A stretch of DNA of 63,906 nt, filler included, from an uncultured bacterium (GTDB lineage Bacteria; Latescibacterota; UBA2968): NCBI GenBank assembly GCA_964471275.1. It is 3 parts of 3 records of this genome, joined end to end, with 100 filler letters (N's around TTAATTAATTAA, not from the genome) between each part and the next. Parts side by side here need not be neighbours in the genome. Positions count along the whole stretch, not along the records: positions 27,584 to 54,345 come from CAYYGZ010000032.1; 2 more parts are not named here. One strand, given 5' to 3'. Under the pieces are notes generated by a model. The model ran no database searches. It had not been told where the DNA came from and worked only from the letters and a program-made list of their open reading frames with translations. Of the stretch, positions 30,738-39,124 are shown piece by piece (within the stretch, counting starts at the first letter, position 1; the number at the start of each line of letters is the position of its first letter). The translations under genes and the position numbers were made by a program.

Positions 30738-32408
30738 TCAATCTCCAAAAACGGCGGCGGATGCCTCTGCCGCCTGCTCCACTTTCTCTTCATCACTCAC
30801 CGCACCCATCGCTTTGTAGAAAGCCTCGTCGTAGGTGCGTGTCTTGATCACGACCGGCATCGGTACGGCGTGGCCGAACACCAAGGCTTGCTGCTTTGAG
30901 TCCAGGCTTGCCAGAACGCTCCGGAGTCCCGGCCCGTTCGACACTCCGGTCAGAACAGCGTTGATGTCCTTCTCGTCATTCAACAGCGCCGTGATCTTCG
31001 TGCCCAGCTGAGAGAGCACCTCCTCATCGATGCCGGATGGCCGCTGATCGACAACGAGGAGTGAAACGTAGTACTTTCGCATCTCACGCGCAATATTCCC
31101 GAAGATCGTCTGTCTTGCGGTAGACGGATTCAGAAACTTGTGTGCTTCCTCGATCGTGATCACCAGGTGACGCGGCTGATCGGCGGGATTCTGTGTCGCG
31201 TAGAAGTTCTCACTCTTCGACACGTATTTCTCGTGAATCCGGCGAGAGATAATGTTCGCCACCAGCAGATAGGCCAGCATGCTCGTCTGTCGGCCAAACT
31301 CCAGAACGACATGGATTCCACGATCGATATAGTCCATCATCGTGTCTACCGCATCCTGTCCGTTCAGCCGATCGACCATGAACGGAAAACCTTCCAACCG
31401 TTTGAGCTTCCGGTGCAGCGCGGACATCGAACTCTTATTTGCGCCAATCTCTTCCGCAAACGTCTCGACATCGGGCCCGTCGAGCGACAGCAGTGTTCTC
31501 AGCCACTTGCTCTTGTACATCGCGTAAACCAGATACGCGGACTCTGATGCGGTTGGATTCAGCTGCAGCTCGTCCTGCAGCGCGATCACATCTTCCACAG
31601 CCACCTGATCATACGTGATGTAAACCTCGTGATCCGGCGCCTGACCCCTTTTCCGGGTCGATTCCGGATCCAGTGAAAAGAGGGCGACCTCACTCCCGAA
31701 CAGCTGCTTCAGACCCTTGACAAAACCACCCTTCCCGTTGCCCGATTCCTTCATTGCTTGGAAACCGTATTCGTTGTGCATATCGAAGATCAGGTTGACA
31801 GCCTTCTTCTTGTTGATCAACCCGCACAACACAAGCCGTGTCAGGAACGACTTCCCCGTGCCTGTCTTGCCGAAGATCCCGTTACTCCGTTCGACAAACC
31901 GATTCATGTTCAGACAGACGGGTGTCTCCATATCGAGCGGCGTTCCTACGTGGAAGTACCGATCGTCACGCGCTTCGCTCCCGAAAACACGCGACACATC
32001 TTCCTCCTCCGCATCCACAACCTTAGAAAAGTGACTGGGGATGGTTTTTACCGGCCTCGCCTCGTCCTCGACGATCTCCCCCTTCTCAAGCATCAACATC
32101 GGTCTCAGCGCCACGGTTACGTAGGTGCTTGCGCCATTCAGGACGCTGTGCAGCAGCTGATCCCCGTCGTGCGGCGGATAGAGAAGAATGTCCGGATTCG
32201 TCGCATCGAGCTTCAGATCTGTGATCATCGAGAAGAACTCATTCTTGAAGCCTTCCACCACCACGAACTTCCCGGCCTTGATATCCTCGACGCTCTGCTC
32301 CGGATCGAGCTTCATGTCCACACCTTCGACGAGCGAGCCCTGGGTAATCACCCCCAGCGGATCCCGATCCGACGCAAGGCTCAGCTGCTTCCCGTTCCGC
32401 TTACTCAT
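30738..32408 (-). CDS. herA: HerA-family helicase/ATPase (HAS barrel plus DUF87)
   Basis: N-terminal HAS barrel, Walker A GKTGTGKS, IFDMHNEY, Walker B ITIEEAH, REMRKY, DQRPS. Confidence 0.9.
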   Translation of the reverse strand: MSKRNGKQLSLASDRDPLGVITQGSLVEGVDMKLDPEQSVEDIKAGKFVVVEGFKNEFFSMITDLKLDATNPDILLYPPHDGDQLLHSVLNGASTYVTVALRPMLMLEKGEIVEDEARPVKTIPSHFSKVVDAEEEDVSRVFGSEARDDRYFHVGTPLDMETPVCLNMNRFVERSNGIFGKTGTGKSFLTRLVLCGLINKKKAVNLIFDMHNEYGFQAMKESGNGKGGFVKGLKQLFGSEVALFSLDPESTRKRGQAPDHEVYITYDQVAVEDVIALQDELQLNPTASESAYLVYAMYKSKWLRTLLSLDGPDVETFAEEIGANKSSMSALHRKLKRLEGFPFMVDRLNGQDAVDTMMDYIDRGIHVVLEFGRQTSMLAYLLVANIISRRIHEKYVSKSENFYATQNPADQPRHLVITIEEAHKFLNPSTARQTIFGNIAREMRKYYVSLLVVDQRPSGIDEEVLSQLGTKITALLNDEKDINAVLTGVSNGPGLRSVLASLDSKQQALVFGHAVPMPVVIKTRTYDEAFYKAMGAVSDEEKVEQAAEASAAVFGD

Positions 32409-32546
32409 CTCGGAGCTTCCCTTCCCCCGTCTGAGTCATCTCGGCCTCCTTCGCCATTGACGTCACCAGGCCTGTACGATCCACCGTAGCCTTCCGTGTT
32501 CGGAGCCTGCGCGAGCGGAGTCGATGGGTGATTCCCGCTCTTGGCT

Positions 32547-33137
32547 TCATTGAGAGATCCGTCGAATCAACGAACTCAAGCGCTCGTAGTCATCCCGAAT
32601 CAACCGCGAGAGTTCCTTTCCCAGCTTCACGAGATATGCCATATCAAAACCCCGCGCCTCCCAGGCATTCCGCACCGACGCGATGATCAGATCGTCGCTC
32701 GGCAGATTCGATCCACCCAGGATTGACCTTACATAGTCACCATTCTCGGTAAGCGTCTTCACCTCGCGCTCGTCGCAGGTATAGCAGAACGAATGGATTC
32801 CGGGCGGTTGGGGCGGCAGAATCTGGAGCGGACCCCGATCACCCGCGTGTCCGACGATCAGGGCATCGAACTCCGTCTTCAGCAGCTCGAAAATCTGCGG
32901 CTGCTCGCGGCGGAGTTCTGCTTCGGTCATCCCATACGCGGTCGGCTTCCGATTCGTATCCGCAGACTGCGTCCGGATGTCATACACCAGTCCATACGCG
33001 GTCGGTCGAGTGCCGGTCTTGACGAATGTCCCGAACCCGGGTGCGCCATTGAGCTCACACGCCTGCGCCGTGAACAACGACGTGCTGCTTTCGATGACCT
33101 CACCAATATGTTCACCTACCGAGACGGTTGGCATCAA
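32547..33137 (-). CDS. Stand-alone HAS-barrel domain protein
   Basis: IGEVIESST..F.AQ......P.FG.FVK....AYGLV, EQPQIFELL.TEF.ALIVG, PPQPP.IH, L...DY.RL. Confidence 0.85.
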   Translation of the reverse strand: MMPTVSVGEHIGEVIESSTSLFTAQACELNGAPGFGTFVKTGTRPTAYGLVYDIRTQSADTNRKPTAYGMTEAELRREQPQIFELLKTEFDALIVGHAGDRGPLQILPPQPPGIHSFCYTCDEREVKTLTENGDYVRSILGGSNLPSDDLIIASVRNAWEARGFDMAYLVKLGKELSRLIRDDYERLSSLIRRISQ

Positions 33138-33173
33138 CTTCCCTCTCTTGTGATATGCTGAACCCCGATCCAG

Positions 33174-34370
33174 TCAGTTCGAGGCATAGTACTCAACGCC
33201 GCCGCCACCTGAGTAGGGTTTGATCCACTCTTCCTGAACGTCGAGACCAAACCCGGGTGCGTCAGAAGGCACCAGCTTCCCGTCCTTGGGAACGGCAACA
33301 CCCGGAAAGCGTCTTACCTCTTCAAGCGGAATGCCCGGGTCCGATCCAAGCCAGAACTCCGCCATCAGGGACTCGGGCATCGCCATGGCAAAGTGCTGTC
33401 CGAATGCCGAATTCGCACCACCGTGCGGTATGGTCTGAAGCCCGGCGGCCTCACCGATTGTGTAGATCTTCACAGCCTCACTCAATCCGCCGCACCAGTT
33501 CAGATCCGGCTGTAGAACATCGACACACCGGTTCTCCACGAGTTGCCTGAATGCGATACGTCCGTGATGGTCCTCACCCGTCGCGATCGGCATCCAGGGT
33601 ACGGCCTTCTTGAGCGCGATATGCCCTTCCAGATCTCCCGGGATCAGGGGCTCCTCCAGCCATCGCATTCTGAACGGGCGAAGCCGCTCAGCGACCTGAA
33701 CGGCGAAATCCAGGTTGTAGGACATCACCGCATTCAGCATCAGATCAGCATCTGGCCCGATCGTCTCGCGTGAAGCGGCCAGCTTCTCCTCCAGACGGTT
33801 CAACCCCGCTGTCCCTTCACGATACTGAACAGGGTTTGTCACTTTGAAAGCCTTGAAGCCGAGCTCCATCCCCCAATCCAGGTCATCGCCTGTGGCGTAC
33901 AGATCGATCGCTTCTCTGCACGGGCCCCCAAGCAGGCTGTAGACGGGCAGCTCGAGAAGCTTGCCCTTCAGATCCCACAATGCGAGATCGACCGCGCTCT
34001 TCGCGACGGTCGCGTGACCCGCATCTCCAAGTCTCTGAATCGCCCGCCACATCAGATCGTTCAGATACTCTGTCGCAAGACAGTCACGTCCAACAAGTAG
34101 CGGAGCATAGACCGTCTCAATCACCGATGCCGATGGCATCCCGAAGCTGCACGACCCGAGTCCCCACGTTCCATCCTCGGCCGTAACCTTCACCCAGACC
34201 GCACCCCCGCCCATTCCCGGCATCTTCCCAGGTAGTCTTGAGAACTCCGGGTAATAGTTGATCGGGAGGGATCTCGGTGAAGTCCTGTTCCAGGTATCAC
34301 GACGAGGCTTCGTCTTCGGCGGCACCTCAGGCAGCTCCAGCCGCACGGTCTGTATGGATTTGATATTCAA
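33174..34370 (-). CDS. Enolase-superfamily acid-sugar dehydratase (L-rhamnonate dehydratase-like)
   Basis: SAVDLALWDL.GK...LPVY.LLGG..R, YATG, WLEEPL, IATGED, LQPDL.WCGG.SE, IPHG, APGFG. Confidence 0.85.
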   Translation of the reverse strand: MNIKSIQTVRLELPEVPPKTKPRRDTWNRTSPRSLPINYYPEFSRLPGKMPGMGGGAVWVKVTAEDGTWGLGSCSFGMPSASVIETVYAPLLVGRDCLATEYLNDLMWRAIQRLGDAGHATVAKSAVDLALWDLKGKLLELPVYSLLGGPCREAIDLYATGDDLDWGMELGFKAFKVTNPVQYREGTAGLNRLEEKLAASRETIGPDADLMLNAVMSYNLDFAVQVAERLRPFRMRWLEEPLIPGDLEGHIALKKAVPWMPIATGEDHHGRIAFRQLVENRCVDVLQPDLNWCGGLSEAVKIYTIGEAAGLQTIPHGGANSAFGQHFAMAMPESLMAEFWLGSDPGIPLEEVRRFPGVAVPKDGKLVPSDAPGFGLDVQEEWIKPYSGGGGVEYYASN

Positions 34371-34473
34371 AAGCACGCCCTTTGGAAATGGCTTGGCGCT
34401 TGGGGCGAGGAGCCTGGAACACCTCAGAAAACGCAGATACGTACGAGTGCCTCCCCACGCCCCTTGCCCCAAG

Positions 34474-34496
34474 CCTGCCCTGAGCGAAGTCGAAGG
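34474..34496. repeat. REP-like repeat CCTGCCCTGAGCGAAGTCGAAGG
   Basis: The reverse complement CCTTCGACTTCGCTCAGGGCAGG shares the CCTTCG..GCTCAGG core with the 10618 and 17847 copies. Confidence 0.6.
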
Positions 34497-34520
34497 TCCC
34501 AACGCGCTCCTGCCTCTACC

Positions 34521-35699
34521 TCACACATTCACAACCTGCTTCGTCAACTGCTTCGCTGAGATACTTGCGGGTAAACGGCTTCGCACATACGCATCCCTCA
34601 ACAGCTGAAAGAACACATCCCGATCCGCGCCGCGCACAACCGCTTGCTCGTGCGATTCAGAAAGGACCACAGGATATCCCTGACCCTTCCGACACTGATC
34701 CACGACGGTTGCGTGTACGAGGTCGAGCATCTCCGCGTCCTGTGCCACCCACATCGGGATCTCGACACGACCGACCTCACTCCCCGTGTTGACGTAGAAG
34801 AACACGATCCGATGAATTCCATAGTCATCGAGAATCTTCGATGCGCTCTCGAAAACGGCACTTCGCTCCCCGGATTGCAGTACGCGTTTGAACAGGACGG
34901 CATCGGTGACCCCCTCAATCGGATCACACGGAATCTCCGGATCCTCACCACTCATCCACGGGCACCGATCGCAGTGGGTCGGGTTCTCAGGACACATACC
35001 TACTCGCAACGTCTTGATCACGTCTGAGCCACCCGGATCGCTGATGTAGCCGCAGACAGGAATGCGCACGGCTCGCAGCCGGTCCATCGCTGAAAGAAAT
35101 GCCTGCAGTGTGGAACGCCGGAAGGCGAGCGGCTTTCCCTCGAGCATCCAAAGAATAAGCGTCCCATCCGACATCGCCACCGTAGGCTGACTTCTCTCCT
35201 CCGCTTCAGCGAGCTCGGTCAACTTGGTAAACTCCATTGCCATTCGCCTGTGACCAACCTGTTCGCGCGTGATGACAGACTTCCGCCCGGACCACTCCTG
35301 ATAGAGATCAGCATCCGCGTAGAAAAGCGCCGGCTCCGAATCGAGTATCGGCCGCTCTCCAGTGCCGTATGTGATCACGACATATCCCAGATTGACCAGA
35401 AAACAGGTCGCCACCTCGTTCCGATCGGGAAAGATCTGCGACCCATCCGTGGCGATCACCGTCAACGCCTTCGGCCTCGTCGGCAGACCTTCGGTCGTTG
35501 TTACAGGGTCGATCGGCCTCGCAACCAGCCAGGACATCTTCGCCTTCGCAACCTTGTCTGCCAGCAGTTGAGATTCATCCCTCCACCTCGCCCATTCCTT
35601 CACCGCACGCCCAACACGATCGGCATAGTCGTCACTTCCTGATTTCCGATCCACGACCATCGCATCGATCTGTCTCTTCACAGCACCCAGGTTCAGCAC
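34521..35699 (-). CDS. nurA: NurA 5'-3' nuclease
   Basis: ATDGSQI, DGTLI.W, GYIS, RVEIP.WV, GYPVVLSESHEQAVV; a four-Cys insert CPENPTHCDRC...PC. Confidence 0.92.
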   Translation of the reverse strand: MLNLGAVKRQIDAMVVDRKSGSDDYADRVGRAVKEWARWRDESQLLADKVAKAKMSWLVARPIDPVTTTEGLPTRPKALTVIATDGSQIFPDRNEVATCFLVNLGYVVITYGTGERPILDSEPALFYADADLYQEWSGRKSVITREQVGHRRMAMEFTKLTELAEAEERSQPTVAMSDGTLILWMLEGKPLAFRRSTLQAFLSAMDRLRAVRIPVCGYISDPGGSDVIKTLRVGMCPENPTHCDRCPWMSGEDPEIPCDPIEGVTDAVLFKRVLQSGERSAVFESASKILDDYGIHRIVFFYVNTGSEVGRVEIPMWVAQDAEMLDLVHATVVDQCRKGQGYPVVLSESHEQAVVRGADRDVFFQLLRDAYVRSRLPASISAKQLTKQVVNV

Positions 35700-35884
35700 G
35701 AGATCGCCTCAATTGTGTCCGGAATTAGTAGTAACGCTCGTGGTAGATAGATGGCGCCGCACAAGACGCCTGAAGCCGCGGCCGCTCGAATCACGGGTTG
35801 GAATCTCCCCTGCTCCCCACACTCTGCCTCCCTGCCCGAATGATGACGGCAGACTGTTCAGGTGCCGCCTGCCTCCCCGTCTGC

Positions 35885-36439
35885 CTAGACAATCGCTTCG
35901 TAGTAGTACTGCCTCCCGCCACCTTGAACACTCCCATCTCGCGTCCGGCAGACCAAACCCATCTTCTGCAGCGCGTTCAGCCTGTTGCACGCGATGTTTA
36001 TGTTCTTTCCAAGCCGCTGGGCCAACTCCGCAGACGTTCCGTGCCGTGCCTTCAGCATGACTTCGAGCGCCTCCCGCATCGGTGTCTTGAGGACACCCAG
36101 AATAAGTCGCTTCTCGTCTTCCAAACATAGCGCGGCAAGATCACGAAGCTTCAGTACAGCTTCAAGAGTCTCCCGGATCGATTCATTTGCGCCCTGGATG
36201 AACACATAGCGCGTCCCGAGCTCCCCACTCGCGATCCGCATCAACAGCTTGCACAGAAACTCGTCCGCCGCTGAAATATCCACGAACTGGATTATGGAAA
36301 AATCGAGAGGGGTGGCCGAATCGGGAGGGGTCTGCCTGAGGTGTGCTGTCATTTGATCGAGAAGCCGTTCTCCGAGAGCGCGTCCGCTGAGGATGCCGGA
36401 TTCCGACTGAAGCTGATAGGCAGAAGACTGCACGAGCAT
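35885..36439 (-). CDS. STAS-like (DUF4325-type) plus winged-helix DNA-binding protein
   Basis: GR..GE....LDFS.I.F.DIS.ADE resembles a STAS-like domain. TSAELAQRLG.NIN.ACNRLNAL...GLV.R......GGRQYYY resembles a wHTH. Confidence 0.75.
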   Translation of the reverse strand: MLVQSSAYQLQSESGILSGRALGERLLDQMTAHLRQTPPDSATPLDFSIIQFVDISAADEFLCKLLMRIASGELGTRYVFIQGANESIRETLEAVLKLRDLAALCLEDEKRLILGVLKTPMREALEVMLKARHGTSAELAQRLGKNINIACNRLNALQKMGLVCRTRDGSVQGGGRQYYYEAIV

Positions 36440-36512
36440 TGCCAACCGTCCTGAGAAGGCTGATGAAGAAGCATACCTGCAAGTGAGGGGGTACTGTCTA
36501 AAGAACAGCAGT

Positions 36513-36568
36513 TTAATTGAAACCAATTAAGATACGTCTATGATACGAGCCGTGTGCGACCAAGTCAA
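36513..36568 (-). promoter_or_regulatory. Sigma70-type promoter with a downstream operator-like palindrome
   Basis: Minus strand TTGACT (36568-36563), N17, TATCAT (36545-36540). Nine nt downstream lies the perfect inverted repeat TTAATTG-N4-CAATTAA (36513-36530). Confidence 0.75.
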
Positions 36569-36614
36569 GACTCTGTTTAGGCACGATCCACTCAACATGT
36601 TGATCATACAATGC

Positions 36615-37595
36615 TTATGTCAAAACAGAACAGATGTCTGAGGGTACGGATTCGATTGCGTGCGCGACACCGAACGGCAATCCGTGCAAGCGCACGTAAC
36701 TGCCCAGATGCTCAAGTGTATAGCGCACCCGATCTGGCGGGATGCGATCGAAGGGAACGCAGCAGTCGACCAGCGCACGCTTGAGAGGCCGTATATCCTG
36801 CTGCTGCAATTGCGCCGCAATCAGGATGCCGGGGCCCACGAGATCGCCGTGAGGAAGGTGTTCGTCGACGTGATGCTCTGCGGAGTAGGCAAAGTAGTGT
36901 TCACTGCCCTCTTCGGGACGAGAATGTCCAAGCTGGTTACAGAGCTGCACCTCTAGCGCGAGGCAATCCACCAACTGTTTCAACCCCGCTCGGTCTCCTC
37001 TCCCCGCTGCCTCCGCACAGTCGATCGCCGCACCCAGAATCGACGCAGCTGTCCCGTCTGCCCAGGCTTCGTAGTGCGTCGCTTCATCGAGCTGGCCCTC
37101 GTCGCGGGCGAACCGCCAGTCCCAACTCCCTGTCGCGATCGAAAGCAGATCACAGATTCCGGCTGCCCGGAGCGACCGCGGGGCCTCAGCCAGCACGTCC
37201 AGATCGATGATAACCTTTTCGGGTGGCCCGGTCTCTACATACTTCACGCACCCATCTTCTCGGACCCCCGCCGCCCACGTAAAGAACGCATCGACCGTCA
37301 TCGCCGTAGGCATCGAAACGACCGGAAGACCCTTCACCTTCCCGATATATTTAGCGGCATCGACTGCCACGCCTCCACCGACTGAATAGATCACATCACC
37401 GACGACATCTTCGGCCAGCGATTGCCAATGCGTCTCAGTCGCCTGTCCCGTCACCACCTTTGCCGAGTTCGTGAATCTCAAACGCCCTTTAACAGCCTGG
37501 TAGGCTTCCTGGCTCACCACAAGGGCAACATCCCGGTTCTCTTCGATCTCCTCAAACGGGAGGATGTCAATTCTCGGAAGTGGCCAGATAGTCAT
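36615..37595 (-). CDS. sn-glycerol-1-phosphate dehydrogenase-like (EgsA/AraM family)
   Basis: SVGGG.A.D.AKY, PTA.TVDA, AAGICDLLS, SRPEEGSEHYF, HGDLVG. Confidence 0.75.
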   Translation of the reverse strand: MTIWPLPRIDILPFEEIEENRDVALVVSQEAYQAVKGRLRFTNSAKVVTGQATETHWQSLAEDVVGDVIYSVGGGVAVDAAKYIGKVKGLPVVSMPTAMTVDAFFTWAAGVREDGCVKYVETGPPEKVIIDLDVLAEAPRSLRAAGICDLLSIATGSWDWRFARDEGQLDEATHYEAWADGTAASILGAAIDCAEAAGRGDRAGLKQLVDCLALEVQLCNQLGHSRPEEGSEHYFAYSAEHHVDEHLPHGDLVGPGILIAAQLQQQDIRPLKRALVDCCVPFDRIPPDRVRYTLEHLGSYVRLHGLPFGVAHAIESVPSDICSVLT

Positions 37596-37660
37596 GAAGT
37601 CTGATTCCTTGGTAGGCTCATCCGGGCCTCTGGACCGAGCCGTGCGTGACGAGAGATGGC

Positions 37661-39124
37661 TCAAAGATCGATTGGCCACGTCGGCCGTCTGATCTTCGTA
37701 TACGGGAATAGGGAAAGGTCGAGCGAGGTGAGCCCCGAACCGTCAGCAATCACGATCTCCTTCGCGATACCCGCGAAACCTGCTCGAAAATGTACAGCCG
37801 ATTTGACAACCAGGATGTCGTTGTCGAACGGGTCGATCCCCGCGGATCTAAACTGCTCAGGGTCTCGCGTTTGTACTCGTTTGCTACATACAATGACATC
37901 GACGCCGCTTACACGGATAACCGCAGATGTTCCGATATCCCCCCAGGCGCCGCGCGACATGGGTCCCTTATACTGGAACTTTCCATTGTAGATCAGTCTG
38001 ACTCGACCTTCGATGTCGATCGGCTCACCGTGCATGTCGTCTGTCTTCGCCCCCAGCGATATCTTGATCATCTCCCCGACACCTGCTTGAATCGCCTGCC
38101 GCACCACCTCCGGATCGTAAATCGTACCGATCGCCGCTCGCTTCACGCCCTGTTTCAGCAATTCTCTCAGAACTTCTACCGCGTCGTTCGCGCTCCCGCC
38201 ACCCGGATTGTCCGCCATCTCGGCGATAACGACTGGTCCCTCAGGTGCTTGCATTGCCCTGGTTACGGCTTCCGCGATGGGAGTTGCGCGATAGGTGAAC
38301 GCTTCGCGGCCTTCCCACGCAGCGGACGCCAATCGCTCTGTCTCCGCGTCGGCAATGGTCTGATCGCTGTCCGCATAGGTAAGTACCGCGTAACCCAGCG
38401 ATGGCACATCTGCGAAAGGAAACCCCGCAAAAAGCGAAGTCGTCAGGATCTCCGGGGGTCGATCGACCCGCAGCGCGTCCTTCCAGAGGTCGGCATACAG
38501 ACCCGACTCCGTGTGACACGTGCCTACGGGTGGCATCATCGCTGGCTTGTTCAGAGAAGCAACGGGGTGGACTTCGTCCCTCGAAATTCGCACGATCAAT
38601 TCACCCGCCTCGACACCCCTCTCACCCATATCCGTGTGTGGATACTTCTGGTAACCGATGATCGCTGTCGCCTTCGCGACCATCAGCTCCGTAATGTGCG
38701 AGTGCAGATCCAGGACGACGACGATCGGCTTGTTCCCTGCGACTTCACGAACGCGCCGGATCGTCTCTCCTTCACCATCGTCATACCCATCCGCAACCAT
38801 CGCTCCGTGGAGGCCAAGCAGAATCCCGTCTGCGTCCGGGTTGGCGACAAGTCCATCGACGATATGACCAGTCATCACGTCGAACGCTTCACGCGTTACC
38901 AGACCTGAGGGCGTGGCGTGTGCGGCTACCGTCAGTATCGCCTCATCGCCACGCCTATCGATCACCTCGAGGAATCCCCCAAGGACGGTCGCGTTCCCCG
39001 AGTGGGCCTTCCGGATTGCTTCAGGATTCGACAGGTATTGCTGAGCGCGAAAGGCATCTACGTCAGTCAGAACCGTCGAGAACGTGTTCGTTTCGTGTGC
39101 AAAACCGCCAACAACCCACTTCAT
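37661..39124 (-). CDS. M81 metallopeptidase (MlrC-like)
   Basis: HETNTFS, LHGAM...D.DGEG, LDLH, YPHTD, DNPGGG, VVKSAVHFRA.F, RRP.WP.D. Confidence 0.92.
   Translation of the reverse strand: MKWVVGGFAHETNTFSTVLTDVDAFRAQQYLSNPEAIRKAHSGNATVLGGFLEVIDRRGDEAILTVAAHATPSGLVTREAFDVMTGHIVDGLVANPDADGILLGLHGAMVADGYDDGEGETIRRVREVAGNKPIVVVLDLHSHITELMVAKATAIIGYQKYPHTDMGERGVEAGELIVRISRDEVHPVASLNKPAMMPPVGTCHTESGLYADLWKDALRVDRPPEILTTSLFAGFPFADVPSLGYAVLTYADSDQTIADAETERLASAAWEGREAFTYRATPIAEAVTRAMQAPEGPVVIAEMADNPGGGSANDAVEVLRELLKQGVKRAAIGTIYDPEVVRQAIQAGVGEMIKISLGAKTDDMHGEPIDIEGRVRLIYNGKFQYKGPMSRGAWGDIGTSAVIRVSGVDVIVCSKRVQTRDPEQFRSAGIDPFDNDILVVKSAVHFRAGFAGIAKEIVIADGSGLTSLDLSLFPYTKIRRPTWPIDL

Noticed and set aside
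30738..35699. Known anti-phage HerA systems such as Sir2-HerA
   Set aside because: The partner is a NurA nuclease plus a HAS-barrel protein, no Sir2 or similar effector is present, and there is no defence-island context.
37790..38908. Long antisense ORFs (e.g. 37790-38908, 2180-3031, 18040-18918, 42607-43422, 46163-47050)
   Set aside because: They lie opposite well-supported genes and have no recognisable motifs; typical high-GC shadow ORFs.
37661..39124. Microcystin degradation cluster
   Set aside because: MlrC-like M81 peptidases are widespread, and no mlrA, mlrB or mlrD is adjacent.
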